Shown here: piece by piece, positions 1 to 14,100 of the stretch
Position numbering within the stretch: position 1 is the first letter of the stretch
How the letters are laid out: every line of letters begins with the position of its first letter
Notes under the pieces: generated by a model
The model's database searches: none
What the model saw: only the letters and a program-made list of their open reading frames with translations
Told to the model about the DNA's origin: nothing
Made by a program: the position numbers and the translations under genes
Assembly: GCA_002633005.1 (NCBI GenBank)
Contig: NMRA01000738.1
Span: forward strand, 88,886 to 152,885
Reading direction: 5' to 3'
DNA: 64,000 bases
From: Phoronis australis
Taxonomy: Eukaryota > Animalia > Phoronida

Positions 1-1506
1 CGGTATGTTTCAAACTCATCAGTTCTATTGTTTTGACCAATTAGCATTCAGCGTAGTTTCGTTAATGAAAGGTTTCTCAATTATACGACCGACAGCAATT
101 GTTTCCTACTCCTTGGGCTTACTCTTGAACCCCAGTGAATCTTCAGCTCATTATATGGCTGACAAGTAAAATTCTATTCATTAAATTTTCTTCACAAAAA
201 ATAAATTATAACAAAAATTTGATCTATTACTTTCATGCTTTGAACTGTTTAGACTTCAAAACAAAATTTGGTAAAGTTCCCATTATTTGTAGTTAAATAA
301 TCATCTCTTGAAAAAAGAAATAAATAATTACAATTTTATTTTTGTATGAAATAAGCGGACAATTTCAGTAGTTTTTGTTCCAAATGTTATCAATTCCTGT
401 TCTCATCACTCAAATTTGAACTGGAGTATCCAGTTTGCGTCGTCTATCAGAGAACAGACTGGTTCTTTGACTGATCATTTGTCTTGAAGATCGTCTGGTG
501 TATTTTGAGCATGTATCACTGTTAGAAATTCTTACCTGGATACCTGAAATAACTTACCTGCACGCTCTGTGAACTGGGTGAAATTCTTTGTCGATTCCGC
601 CAGGTGTGTTTGCTTGGTCAGTGTTTGACGAGTTGCGGCATTGTTTCGTACCTCAGTATATTATTGAGTTGGATTGCTGTACTCAACTTTGAGGATTAGA
701 TTTACAAACTTGTTGAGGTATTTCGCTTACTTTTTAAGGTATTCCTACCTAAGTGGTCCACTTAGGTTTGAAAATGTATTTTCTCTGGTAAAAGCAGACG
801 ATAATAATCATCAACAATTCCCTTTTCATGTTTCATAGTCTTCTAATTTGGTTGTGAATCCCCACAACTTTTCAAAACTTGACCATAAAACTTGACCGAT
901 AGAAAATCATTTAACTTGATAGTGGAAAATCATTTAACTTGATGTTACTTACGTTACTTGGAAACGATAAAATAAAATCTCAATTGTCGGCCATATTTTG
1001 TCCTAAATTGATGAGTTTTTAACGTATAATGCGATTTTGCATCAATTGCTTTTAGAATACGGCTGATTTTAACATGCAAACACTTGTTTCGCAGATCTTC
1101 TTTTGCTGTATTCTATGATACTGTGGCTAAACTATGTTTACCGTTAACTTGAAGAAAAGTATTTTCATGTCGAGTATAGTTCTTCAAAACTAACCACTCA
1201 GAAGTGCAATTTTCTTGGTAGATTAAGCCATAAAGTTTCTTTAAGGTTAAAACGAATTGCTAAATTAATCTGATCACATTAAGTCGCTCATTTTGAAGTG
1301 ACAGGTTATTTAAGAAGTACTCACAATTAGCTGTTGATGTGATACACTCATTTGACGTACTAATTTATTGGAGTTTATGTAAATGAATTACGGAATCTAT
1401 AGCCTTTTAATTGTCATTTTCCAATACTAAGGTGATATGTTGGAATACCTTGTCACTAGGTGGCAGTAGGGGGATTGCTAGACAAAATTAGGTGTTCTTG
1501 TACGGA

Positions 1507-1570
1507 TTTAATACAATGAGATATTTGCCAGTGTATTCTAATACACTGGCAAATATCTCATTGTATTAAA
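1507..1570. repeat. Perfect 31-bp inverted repeat with a 2-nt spacer
   Basis: tttaatacaatgagatatttgccagtgtatt-ct-aatacactggcaaatatctcattgtattaaa. Confidence 0.97.
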
Positions 1571-3735
1571 AGTTTTCGCCTGTCATCCTGTCAATTTACC
1601 ACTGTTGTGTAGTGGGTTATTCAAACAATTCAATAACAAATGTCCAATGTCTCGGAAAGTCTGCAAATGAAAGAAAGTATGTTTCAACCCTGGCCCCACA
1701 GCTGATCATGCGTGCAACAGAATTAAAAATTGGTAGGATCAAGAGAATGGCTTTTTAGTACTCTCACAAGGCTACTGAGTACAAAGTGTCCAGTTTGAGC
1801 AGTTAAAAACTTAATTATTTTGGTCAAGGTTGGATTTTGTGCAATATTTTAGAGATTACGAATATTGGCGGCCTCAAATTCAAGAATTGAATTCAGCCAA
1901 TGATCCTTCAAATTGATGTTATGGAGAGGAATGAAAACATTATGTGAGCAGTCATTTCTACAATTTTATGAACTGTGAAGTCGATTTCATTGTCCAGTAT
2001 TCGAAAAATTTGAAGAATGTCAAAATCCTCCCAAATCCAATCAGGGACTTATCTTGGATTTGAAAAGTGGGGCCCAAATTCATGATTGTGAGAACGATGA
2101 GTCGTGTATAATCAAGAAAATTCAATTTCAGCTTGAATTTTTATTTGACAGGAATTGCTTGGGTTCCTGTGTTCAGTCTGCATTGCTCACCATTCAAATT
2201 ATCTTATTACTGTATTTTACTGCTCTGTTAATTAAAAATAACTAATAAGCTGATTTCTTTTGAATAATTAATAATTGCTACTTGACTGGCTTCCATTGAC
2301 CTTTATTGTTAAGTCACTCCTGTCAATTGTTTTGACCTGCGGTTCTGATTCTTTGTTTGGGCATTGATTGCATGGTGTCCAGCTAAGCTGGTGGTCATCA
2401 GCTCCAGTCTTTGACCAGCATGACAGTATAAGGTGTGAAAATCCAATATATCCTGTTTATAGATCCTCTAGTAATTACTATTCAGTTCCTCAGCAGACAA
2501 TTAATTGTTGTTCTGGGTAAGTTGAGTGTCAGGGAGCTGGGTTGAGTTCTGTAAACGCATGGTTCTCTCGAAGGAAGCTTGTGTGATCACGTACTTCTCT
2601 TGTAACGCATGGCGATATCTCGCAAAGTGTTGTGTGGTTTTGCATTTTTACAAGTTTCTCTGACTGCTGGTCTAATGTTTGTCCACACATGCCCAGCTGA
2701 CGACTATAAGACTGGAAGACTTTAGCTTGCATTTGAGGTCAAGAGGCTTCACTGTTGAAACGGAGACGCAGAATTCAATCCCATAATTCAATTGTTTCGT
2801 GTTTTGATGGACCTGGGTATATTGGTGACATCATTTTTCACCGTGTTTCTTAGAAAATGTTCAGGATTTAAAGTGGCTTTAAACCTGAAGTGAACTTCTG
2901 ATTTAAACCACTTAACACTAGAAAATTGACCTCCACTCGTTCTTTAGAGGAGATACAATTTCTAAGTTTGCTAAGAAGAGGCAGGTCGCCAATATTTTAA
3001 GTCTGTTCAGCACATCATCTGTTGGCAGTTGTTATTCATTGGGACCATTCTCAGCGCATGACACGCATCGAGAAGTCTACTTGTAGAGACTAGCCTCGAC
3101 CAACAGCGAACTGTCAGTTCTTTCGAAGCCTGTAATCGCCTCCAGTTTGACGAGGTAACAATTTTGAGACCAATTTCACAACTGTAAGTGGTCTAAATCA
3201 GAAGTTGTTTTTTGTGACGGAAGGCGGGTTAATAGGCGCGCAGCACATTTTAACAGTTTAATACATTCAACCTGTACTTCTGGCATCAGACATGCAATAG
3301 GTCCCTTGGGATTGAGAAATCTTATCTCAAAAAACAATCATAGGCTCTGCTAGACGGTGCAAGTCAATAATATTCCTCTCCAGTCCATGTTCAAGGTTGA
3401 GAGCATAGGTCGACAGTCGTTAAGGGAATTGTTGAAGGAATTCTGTTTTATATTTGACTTCCCTGGTAATTGTTAAGCACCAACTAAGACTGGTTTGTTG
3501 CCTGGCAACTGTTCTTGAGTTGTTGAAGATGTTGAATGGAACTATTTTCATTAGATCTCCAAACAGTCTGGTGTCACTAGGTGCTGCTAGGTTATTTCTT
3601 TCCCTCAGAGTTCACACAAGTTAGATTTCTTCTGACAAAAGCATAGACTGCCACCAGCTTTGGAAATTTTCAATGTGAAAACATTGTTTTTTTAATTAGA
3701 CCCCTGCTTTGAAACCGAATCGGCTGTACCTAGAC

Positions 3736-3943
3736 TATGGTAAAATCTCGCCTATTTCGGACAATAACAGTTGCCAAAAGGACCCCGGTTCATTTTTCAA
3801 GGGCTTCTGACGTTTTGGATACCCAAAGATTTTCAAAATGTTTTTAATGGCAACTAGTAGCACATAGAACTTGAACATTCCAAAAATGAGAAGATTTCAC
3901 TTCTCTGCCAAAGTGTCTCCTAAATTGGTGAGATGTTATTGCA
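3736..3943. mobile_element. Degenerate ~200-bp MITE, old dispersed family (TIR ~TACAGTAAAATCTCRCCAATTT)
   Basis: Starts tatggtaaaatctcgcctattt and ends taaattggtgagatgttattgca. Similar ends recur across the window. Confidence 0.55.
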
Positions 3944-3979
3944 CTCTCATTAGGAGTGTTACTGGGGCTTGGGGGAACC

Positions 3980-4810
3980 AAATTATTTAGGAAGCATTGT
4001 TATTTAGGTTACATTGTTATTTAGGTGGCATTCTTATTTAGGATGCAGTGTTATTTAGGTTATATCGTTATTTAGGTTGCATTGTTATTTTGGATGCATT
4101 GTTATTTAGGAAGCATTGTTATTTAGGAAGCATTGTTATTTAGGAAGCATTGTTATTTAGGAAGCATTGTTATTTAGGAAACATTGTTATTTAGGAAACA
4201 TTGTTATTTAAGATGCATTGTTATTTAGGATGCATTCTTATTTAGGAAGCTTTGTTATTTGGGTTACATTGTAATTTAGGTTACGATGTTATTTATGATG
4301 CATTGTTATGTAGGATGCATTGTTATTTAGATTGCATTGTTATTTAGGAAGCATTGGTATTTAGGAAGCCTTTGTTATTTAAGATGCATTGTTATTTAGG
4401 ATGCATTANTTTTATTTAGGAAGCATTGTTATTTAAGATGCATTGTTATTTAGGATGCATTCTTATTTAGGAAGCGTTGTTATTTGGGTTACATTGTTAT
4501 TTAGGTTACGATGTTATTTATGATGCATTGTTATGTAGGATGCATTGTTATTTAGATTGCATTGTTATTTAAGATGTATCGTTATTTTGGATGCATTATT
4601 ATTTAGGAATCATTGTTATTTAGGTTACATTGTTATTTAGATTGCATTGTTATTTAGGATGCTTTGTTATTTAAGATGTATCGTTATTTTGGATGCATTA
4701 TTATTTAGGAATCATTGTTATTTAGGTTACATTGTTATTTAGATTGCATTGTTATTTAGGATGCTTTGTTATTTAAATTGCATTGTTATTTAGGATGCAT
4801 TGTTATTTGA
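3980..4810. repeat. 17-bp minisatellite (GCATTGTTATTTAGGAA)n, about 49 degenerate copies
   Basis: Directly visible tandem array with a single N at 4409. Confidence 0.97.
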
Positions 4811-7800
4811 TTTGGAACTGAGCAAGTTGGAATTTGCAGGTTGCTATAAATTACTGTACTGAAAGCAATACAGATTTTAGCCAAATTCTCATATGAGATT
4901 TCTTGATCTGTGCCCTGACACATGAGGGGTACTAGTTGTCCTTTCACCTGATCTAATATTTCCATGGTTACGTGTTGCTTTGGTAGATTGAGGTTTTTAA
5001 GTCAGTTGAGACTTGAGATGTTCAGCTTTCTTTTCCTGTTCTACCATCTTGCCTGCTTAAAGCGTAATGGTAAAAACTCACATTTAGAACAGAATTTTGT
5101 GGATTAATGAATTATGTTCTTAGCGTGGTTTATCAATGACAAACTCGGTAACTTAAGCAAATTAAGTTTTTGAGATTTTAAGGTTGATACCGCCAGAAAT
5201 AGTCTCGTGAAAAAGAAATAAAAATTTTCCTATTATGTTTGTCTAAAATTAGTGAGATTTTACTGTGTACGGTAATGAGCCATTATCTGGAAACTCACAT
5301 TTGGAAGCCATATTTGACAGGATGCTATCCAACGGCCATGACCTTGTGGGTGACTTGTTGTTCACTAGGTGGAGCTGCTTTAATTCTCATCAGGTGGTAC
5401 TGAAGAAGGTTAGACCAGATAAATGGAATTCTGCTGGAGACTGGATATGGCCAAGGATTCCATGTGACTTTCTGAATGCGCACATTTCACGCTCGGGGAC
5501 TGTTGCTCTCTTAACACATCTAGTGGACGTCGATTCCTCGACTCCTCATTGACCGGGAGGTGTTTAATATTGAGAACAATCAGCTAATTTGGAAGAATGG
5601 GCAACTGTTTTATTTTGTGGCATCTAGGATGTTTCCACTTGTTCTCTCAATTTTGTCATCTTGAGGATTTTGCCAGTAGTCGCCATCATTTAGCGGATGG
5701 TAATTAATTGATCGATGTGGCCTCAACATTGATTCTCTTTAGACTGTCCAACTCGGTGATTTGAAGTCATGCAGAAATCATTTTGCGAAAATATTGCATA
5801 ACGACGTGTGAACGGCTCAGATCGGCAAAACACCGCCATTGTACTGTGCCAGTTTACTTAACACTTGCTCAGTGTATCCATTATAGCCATGTCATTCAAG
5901 TTTAATTCCTCATGTAGACAACCCATAAATACATCGCCATATCCTATTCTGCTGTGCAATCACTTATAGGTGCACCATAGCTCCATTTCCCCACTTCATT
6001 TCACAGTGGGGTGTCAGGTAGACAGGTAATGTTGAAAGCTGCTTCACTCATATGTGACTGTCTTCAGGTGCTCCAGATTATAACAGGTCTGTTTTGATTG
6101 GCTCCTGTGTTTCTGAGCAATTTAGTGTCAAAACTTTTTCAATTGTAATTTTGTTACTAGACTCTGTATAGGTGAGGCCATCCTTAAAATATTTATTTTC
6201 AATCTTTTCTCAATCCTCGGAGTTGAGGAGGTCAGTCGGTTAATAACTCACTTTCCCATTTTTGGGACACAATAATTTCTGTTGTAAAATACCGATTTCG
6301 TTTTTGGAGTTTATAAATATATTTTCTCAGATTACAAAAATGTTTTGAGCCCTTTTCGTGATTTACTGATGGTTGTGTGACGGACATCTCATCCAAAAGA
6401 ATATTTTTCGTATCTATGCCAAATGAATGTTTTTTCTTAAAAATTTACAGATGAGGGGTAGATGTTGAATCTTTTAAAAAGGCAAATGTGTAATTTGATC
6501 AGAATGGAGCTTACGCCCTTAAAACAAGCCTAAGGTGTTGTGTCTGCTATCCTGTGAGTAATTATCGTAGCTCTAACACGCAAAATGCTACCGTATTCAT
6601 ATTCTGACCAACCACTTGTGATGAACATGACCAGACAGTGCTAACAAAAGTCACCTTGTCAGGGTATGGCTATTCAAAGCATTAAAATGACTTCTTTGCC
6701 GTTTATTACTTCAAAGATTTTGCACTTAAACCATAGAGAGCGAAGGCTATTTTAATCATTTCTTAAACACGCCATTCATAAGGATCTTATTCATCATCTG
6801 GTGGTAGATCCATCTTTGTAACACTTTTTGTGTCGTGTATTGTGGTGGTTCACTTTCTTTTGATGTAAATGTGGAGTTTAATAGTCTCTCTGGCTGATTC
6901 ATGCATTGCTTTATTAGATTAGGGTGATCTCAAAGAAAAATAGTTCAACCGAATCTCATCTATTTAGGACACGATATGATGGACAAGTGAAATCTATTTT
7001 ATTTTCTCGTTTTTTCATAAAAGATATGTAGGTTCAAATTAATACTTAACGGTATTCAAGTTCTGTTCCATAGCTATCATCTGAACATGTTTTGAAAAAT
7101 GGCAGGCGTTCACAACTATGTTGTACTTGGACATGAAAAAAGATAATTTTGCTAATTAGCTTTGTCCAAAATTTGTGACTCGTTACTGTATGGCATTGAT
7201 AACAAATTTGTAGTTATATTTTTCTTCTTTCATCACTTGAAATACTTGCACCCTAGAGGTAATCCCTATATTTGTAAACTGTGTAAAATGTAAGTATTGA
7301 CCATTAATAGAAATCCCTGAAAGAAATTGTTTAATTTTCTAGTGGCTATTGTAGCGAACAGTTATTCAGGTCGATATTGCAATGTGCTTTCCTTGCATTT
7401 GCTGTATTTTCACCTTGTTTGTTTATTACATGGGTTGTGAATAGGTATCATATAGACTAGCCTGAGGTCTGTGTTTCATGTTGCACAATGCCTGTTTACC
7501 TGCATGAAAGCTGTTTTGAACTGGTGATAAATAGCAAACTTGAAATTCACCTGGGGTCTCAAGCGAAGCAGGAAGCCTTTCCATTGAAATGCCTGAGTTC
7601 AGGTAAATCGCATGAGTTCAATCTCACATGACTGTCCCCGAGCTGAAGAACTCCTTTCTGCCCTCATCTGTTTTGTTGCAAGAAGAGGGATCTTCATTTA
7701 TTAGCGCCATCTAGTGAGTTTGTAGTCAACCTTTGTGCAGCATTCAGCAAAACTGCGTTTTAGCAGAAAGAAGATGAGCCAAAACAGTAATGTGTTTTTC

Positions 7801-7972
7801 ATTGAAATGGTGGAGTATCAAGAGAAATTTGAAGACAAGTTAGAAGACTTATGGTGCATTTCTCATACTGTTTTTGTGTCTTTTAATTAGACTTTATATG
7901 CACTGATTGTATACAGTGCTATAGGAAACTAGAAGGAATAAACCTGTGTGTGAAAATTATACCATATTGTGA

Positions 7973-8188
7973 CATAATCTCACCAATTTCCAAGTTACCT
8001 TTTTCCAAGGTCTTTCTAAAATTGTTGTGTAATGCCAACAATTTTTCAAGATATTTTCTAAAGATATCTAGGCTCTTGAACATGACGATAATGCTTGGTT
8101 TGATGCTACTCAATCTTTTGTGAAGAAATGAGAAATTAAAATTTTACTTGTCTGCCACACTGTCCTAAATTGGCGAGATGTTGGTGTA
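7973..8188. mobile_element. Degenerate copy of the same old MITE family
   Basis: ataatctcaccaattt ... cctaaattggcgagatgttggtgta. Confidence 0.5.
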
Positions 8189-11100
8189 AGCTGTTGTGAG
8201 AGACATTGGCTTCCCAGTATTGGTATATCAGCTGAGATCTTTAGTCTGTGGTAGTGCTACTCTGATCCATCTTGAATTTCTAAGTTGTCTGCCATGGGGG
8301 TTTCCTTTTGTTATTGGGTGAAGAAGCCAGTGAACAGATGGGTGTATTGGCAGGGTGTCTGGGTGTAATGTGATTATTGCTGACCACCCCTGGCTAAGGA
8401 TGGTGATAATGACCATGGAGTCCCAGTGATGTGGACAATATATTCACATTTAGCTTATTGATTGTTGTCATCAAATGGGTTAGTGGATGTATTAATACCT
8501 CTAGTGTGGTCTGGTGTCATATTTGCCCATGGCTTCTGTGTATGACTGGGTACTGGGTGGGCGTATTTCTCTAGTAAGTAAGATTTGTGGAATATGACTG
8601 CAGTTAATTGACTCGCCCTGTGTGCCAGTTCAGTGGGTCAATGGACTAAGTCATTCGATTGGCGTGTGAGCTGGAAGGCATCCTCCAATCAAATTCTTAG
8701 AGGTGTGAACCGACCCTGGACTGATAGAGTGAACTATGAAATGTGCTCTAATACTGTTTAAGTGCGTAAATTTCTTGTATTTTGGCACAACCATACTTCT
8801 GTATTCTCTATTTTCCAGTCTTGAAACGTGTGTTTGTGAGCGTTACAGAGGGAGTGTAGTTAAATGTTGACTGCCTTCTCATTGTCAAGTGGCATTTTTC
8901 CATGTAGTAGGATGAAAATTCTCGAGTTTGGTACACTCTCTAGAATTTGAGACACCGATATTCTACCAGAAATTGAATTTTTCTAGATTCTATAAACTGG
9001 AACATGAATGATTTTGGCGTTCATCAAATTTTCCTGGTTTTATTTCAACAATATTAACAAAAAATACGCAAGAGTTGGTTAAAACAGCTAGACTTCTTTC
9101 ATCTAATGTGTGCTGATGGGCTAAGCTAGTGCTCGGAAAAAATCTATCCATCAATTGATAACATTTAAGTGTGGCCTGTAAGTCTGAATAATCAATTTTT
9201 AATTTTGCTTACCATCATTGTTTAAATAGATTAAGACAAACATAATACCTAGTATACAATCTTGAATGGTTGTATACTGCCTGGTAGCAGGATGTCTACA
9301 TGTCTACCCTAGATACAAGATGGGTTTCCTACTGTTACATTGTATTGATTGACACTAGTAAATCTTAGATAACACTATGTGTACTGCTGCTTGGATCAAA
9401 TCAATTTTCTTATAATAAGCCCGATGTATCCACACATTCCGATACAGTGTCCAGTGTTTGTTGTGAACGGATAACTGGTTTGCTTATTAATAATTTTGTT
9501 AATCATAACACAGTGTTTACCCCGTTAGGTATCGGAAAATTTACACTCATGTTTGATAACCGATTATGGTTTAGCGTCTCTCATTTACGACATTATATGG
9601 CGGAAAGTGGAATTTTTGTTTTCTCATTTTTTTCGTTTAAGATATGCTTGATAATTCTCCATATAGTTTGGACAACAAAGAAGTGACATTTCTCTGTGTT
9701 TCTAAGGCTGATTATGTTGCTGCAAACAATGGCAACTTTACAAATACTGTTTTATGACGTCTGCATAGAACAAACTGAACCATTAATGCACCAAAGTTTT
9801 CTAATACAAGGTTTTTGTGGAAAAATTGAGAAAATAAAATTAAGCTTGTCCACCATATTGTCTGCTAAATAGGTGAAGTCTTATCATAGTTGCAAACTGA
9901 TGTTTATCTGTGTAAAACACTGCTGCCCTCTCTAGTATAGAGATGTAGTTAATTCAGGTAACAACCACTTACGACAGTCCTGCTTTTTGAGAAGCAATTG
10001 TCTCCCCTGAATACAGTAAAATCTCAATACATTTTCTCTCTGCAGTGTGGAAAATTCTGCCACCTTCCCAGTTGTTCTTGAATTTGAGAAGGTCAATAAT
10101 ACTGTCTGTTTCTAGGGTTGGGACAAGCTCCTACCTTGAGCAAAACAATTAATTTCTAGCTCTCCCAAATGGAGAAATGTTATTGTTTCAATTGCCCTCT
10201 CTAGTGGAAATGTTTGAAACAGTGATAACCCTGATGTGCACACAGTGGGCACATACCAAAACTAGCCTTGCTATCGTTATGGAAAATGATCAAGTCCATT
10301 TTGAGGGATTTGTTCTTTTTGTAAAAATCTTGAAATGTGGTAAAGCACTGTTGAATGTTCTCATTGATTCAATATCTGGGTGACCTCAAATGATATGTCT
10401 GTTCAATATTTATATATAGCAGCAGGGAATATCAATTTTAAGAGATTATCTCATGAGCAAATTGTAATTGTAACCAACTGTTTATTCCTGGATTGAATTA
10501 CTTCCTACTAGACAGACATGTTTCTATCCCATAATCCTCCTCTACATAGCCAGTAGCCACAGTGGCACTAGTCTAATCCTGTTGTATTGTGCTGAGATGT
10601 TATTATGTCGCCATGATTGCTGTCTGCTTGTGTACTAAGTCATTTGGGAATTAAATTTCATAGGCAGATAGTTCCATTTGATATTGGGGTTGCTCACCTT
10701 TCTCACCTTTTGTGATCTTTGTATGTAATTCTTTGGGCGTTGGGGAGAAAATTCATGTAGGGTCAGGAAAAGTAAATAGAATTAACCTGCTAATAGTGGA
10801 CTGCAAATATAACTTATCACTAAGATGTGTAAGATGGGATTATGATTGGCTAAGCCAGGTAGGAGAAAAAAGAGCCACTGATACTGTGTAGACTGCACTT
10901 AGGTGTTAGGAAGGTGCCAGTGACTGTGGTGACTCTCATGTGGATTGAATGGGCCCTGCTTGTGATGTCGCACACCACATGGCGCGGTTGAAGTTTTGTG
11001 GAGTAGGCACAGATTGATCAGTTTACTCCTGCTGAAAATTGGCAAGGTATGCCCATTGGAGGTTTGCTGGAGGTTGGGACTAAATGTACTGCTTGTGGAG

Positions 11101-14100
11101 TGTTTTATTCAGGACTTTGTCTTGTTGCCTCTCTATTAAAGGAGAGTGGGAAATTCTTGTCAGTGGCCATGACCGTGGGTGAGGGAAATGGCATGTGGAT
11201 GTGACGCAATCTGTAATATCTTACCTTTGCGTTGTCCTTTCAACATTCATAGTTTCTTTCTGCAACTTTCTTAGACCTGCTTGAACTTGTGATTGAAAGT
11301 AGGAGTTACCCTCACTTGGCAAATAGTTAAGGCTAATCTTTGATGGTGAGGAGCTGTCCTCAGTAATTCTGAAAGCATAATTAACCATTACCATTATCCT
11401 TTAAACCATACTTATCAGATTCTGGCTGTGTGAGGCATTTTGTGGGGATTCCTCTATTAAGTAAAACCCTGTTAAATCCCTAAGCAGTGGAATTAACATG
11501 CACAATTTTGAGTGTTGATCAATAGGTATGTGTACATATTTCACAGTTATGAAACCTTGTGAATAGTTTCAGCATATTATGTATTATATACTGCAAAAAA
11601 TTCCCCAATTTAAGGCGGTCTCTACAATTTAGGATAGGGAAATTACATGGGTTATAAGGTCTCGCTAAACCACCATCACAGAATGGTTACAGCTGTGCTG
11701 CAGTTATAAGGTTTAAAACAAGAATACAGAACGAAAGTTGGAACCTTTAAATCAGTTTTAACGACATTGATGTGATTAGTACTTAAGTCCAAAATCAGTA
11801 AGTGGGAACAAAATTAATTATGTGTTTGTATCGAGTCTAACTGTGGTAGCATTTCATGATACTGCCTACCAGCCATATTTTAACAATGTCTAATTGGGTT
11901 TGTTATATAGTGAAAAGAGCTTTAGAATAGATTCAGTATTGCAGAAAAAGATGCTAAATTGAACAAGGGCCAGCATTTGGCTTTAAGGGAAAGCAAGCAA
12001 GTCACGATATGGTTGTTTTTGCTGAGCTCAGTCATCTGACTACGTGTATTGGATCCCGAGAGAAATACACGGGAACCCATTACTTTCATTTTTTTGTAGA
12101 AATTATTTAGTTCCAATCGAGATGTACAGTTCATACGTGCATGGCTAAGTGTACAATATTAACTTTTGTCAAATAAAATTCACTAAGTTTTAACATTTTT
12201 AACAAAGTACAAACTCTTTGAAATATAGAAACATGGCAGTTTTAGTCTTTGTTCCAAATCTAAGCGTTTTTCCCTTACTAAAGATTGGGTGGAGCTTGGC
12301 CTGTTGTACTGGATCAGGGATTGATAAGGCGGGTCAGCCTTGTGATTGATCTGCCATTCATTACCCCTTGCATTTCATAACCCTTGCCTTTCATACCCTG
12401 GTGTTTCATTAGCGCCAAGATTTTTCCAAGGATGAGGGGTAATCTATCTTCAGCCATTTCATTTAATTTAAGTATGCATGCAGTTTATTCACCACAATAG
12501 AAACCTGCTGTGAAGAATGACAGTCGTGTTGTCATGGTGAGAGATGAGTCTTTTGGGACTCCATTGCTCCTTCACAGCTGACTTGCCCATGTGTTTAAAA
12601 GGAAACTAATTTCTTTTTGACATGTCAGCAAATTAGTCCAGAGACTGTGGTCAGTCATTATTGTATCGTGTTATATTTCCCATTGACATTGTTACGGTTT
12701 CATTTGAAAGATCGGCCTCATGGGTCCAACTGTCTCTTCGAGGAATTAGTTAGATTCGACATCCCTAGTTGGGTTTCATTATGCGTGTTGTGAATCCTTT
12801 CAGGTAGCTGACCTTTGGCTCATGCAGGCTGCTTTTCCATCTCCAGTCACAAAGAGTGTGTTTAATCTTATTGATTGGCCAATCATTACATTCTGTGTGT
12901 GGTTTCCTTGCATAATGTTAACAAGAGTTACACTCTGTTACAGGTTGTCACACTGCATGGAACCATTCTAAGGTAATGAAGTGACCAGCCAACGAAATGG
13001 AGTATTACAACGTGGTGTGGACGATAGCCGTTATATTTCTTGGTGCGATGGTTAAGGAAGGACTTGGCTTGGATACATGTGAGTAGCAGTTAGCAGTATT
13101 CAATAGTGTAAATATTCAGCGTGTTAAGTTCATAGTCTGCCATTATACTAGTAATTAAAATTAAAGTGGCTATGAACTCTCGTTTCTTTGAAAGAATTAA
13201 ATCTTGGTTTAGACCACTTGCCTATTTAAAATTGAACTAAAATAATTGTTCCTTAGATCGGAAATGAATTTGGTCTTTCAAAGAACTGGAATTTTTCTTT
13301 GTCTAAAATGAGTTTTCCCCATAAGTTTGACTTAATGGTTTCCATAGCAATGATACACTTTTGGTTGGTCATTTGTTTTGTAAACACTTCTGAAGTGTGT
13401 CAGTCTGAGTTAGATTTTTTTCTTGCCCTTTTAAAGTCCTGTTTTTTAGTAAAAGTTTTGATTGCAAGGGTCAATTCACCTTCTTGTGACATATTGTCAT
13501 ATGTTGAAGGCAACTGTTCTTAACAATTAATACCATGGTTACTATGCTATCCCTCCAATTTCAGACAAAAATTAAAAGACTTGTGTTTTTTGTTCTTCAA
13601 AAATTCCTAACATTGGTGTGAATGTCTACAATTTCCCAAAATTTTGTCTGTTGGTAGCATTTTTGCATTACATAAAACCGATCGAACAATTTATTTAGTA
13701 TTAACCATTTCACTTGCTCACCATATTCCATCCTGAATAGATATTCTATAGTTTTTCCAGCATGACAAATGTCATATTTCATTAAACATGTCTTAATCAA
13801 ATTTACTTAATGGTGCTTCTACAAAGTTTCAAGTGAACTGGAATTGTAATATCTCCCTTTCTCATCTTTGATTGGTTCACAAAAGCTTGTCTCTAGGCTA
13901 GCTAGAATGAGAGCTAATGAAATGACTTATGGCCTATTAGGGGGCTGGCTGGTAATTGAATGATTTCTAACAATTGGTATCACCTGAGTTAGCACATTTG
14001 ATTGATGTTCAACAAGGACCTTATGTGTTATTTGGGCAATTGGGTGGACTGGGATTGAAAATTTTCTCACAAACTTTGTAAGATTCGTGGCCCGTTGGAG

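Noticed and set aside
902-943. 19-bp direct duplication gaaaatcatttaacttgat x2
   Set aside because: Ordinary local slippage duplication with no further structure.
3980-4810. Tandem array as a CRISPR array
   Set aside because: Units abut with no unique spacers, there are no cas genes, and the context is a eukaryotic intron.
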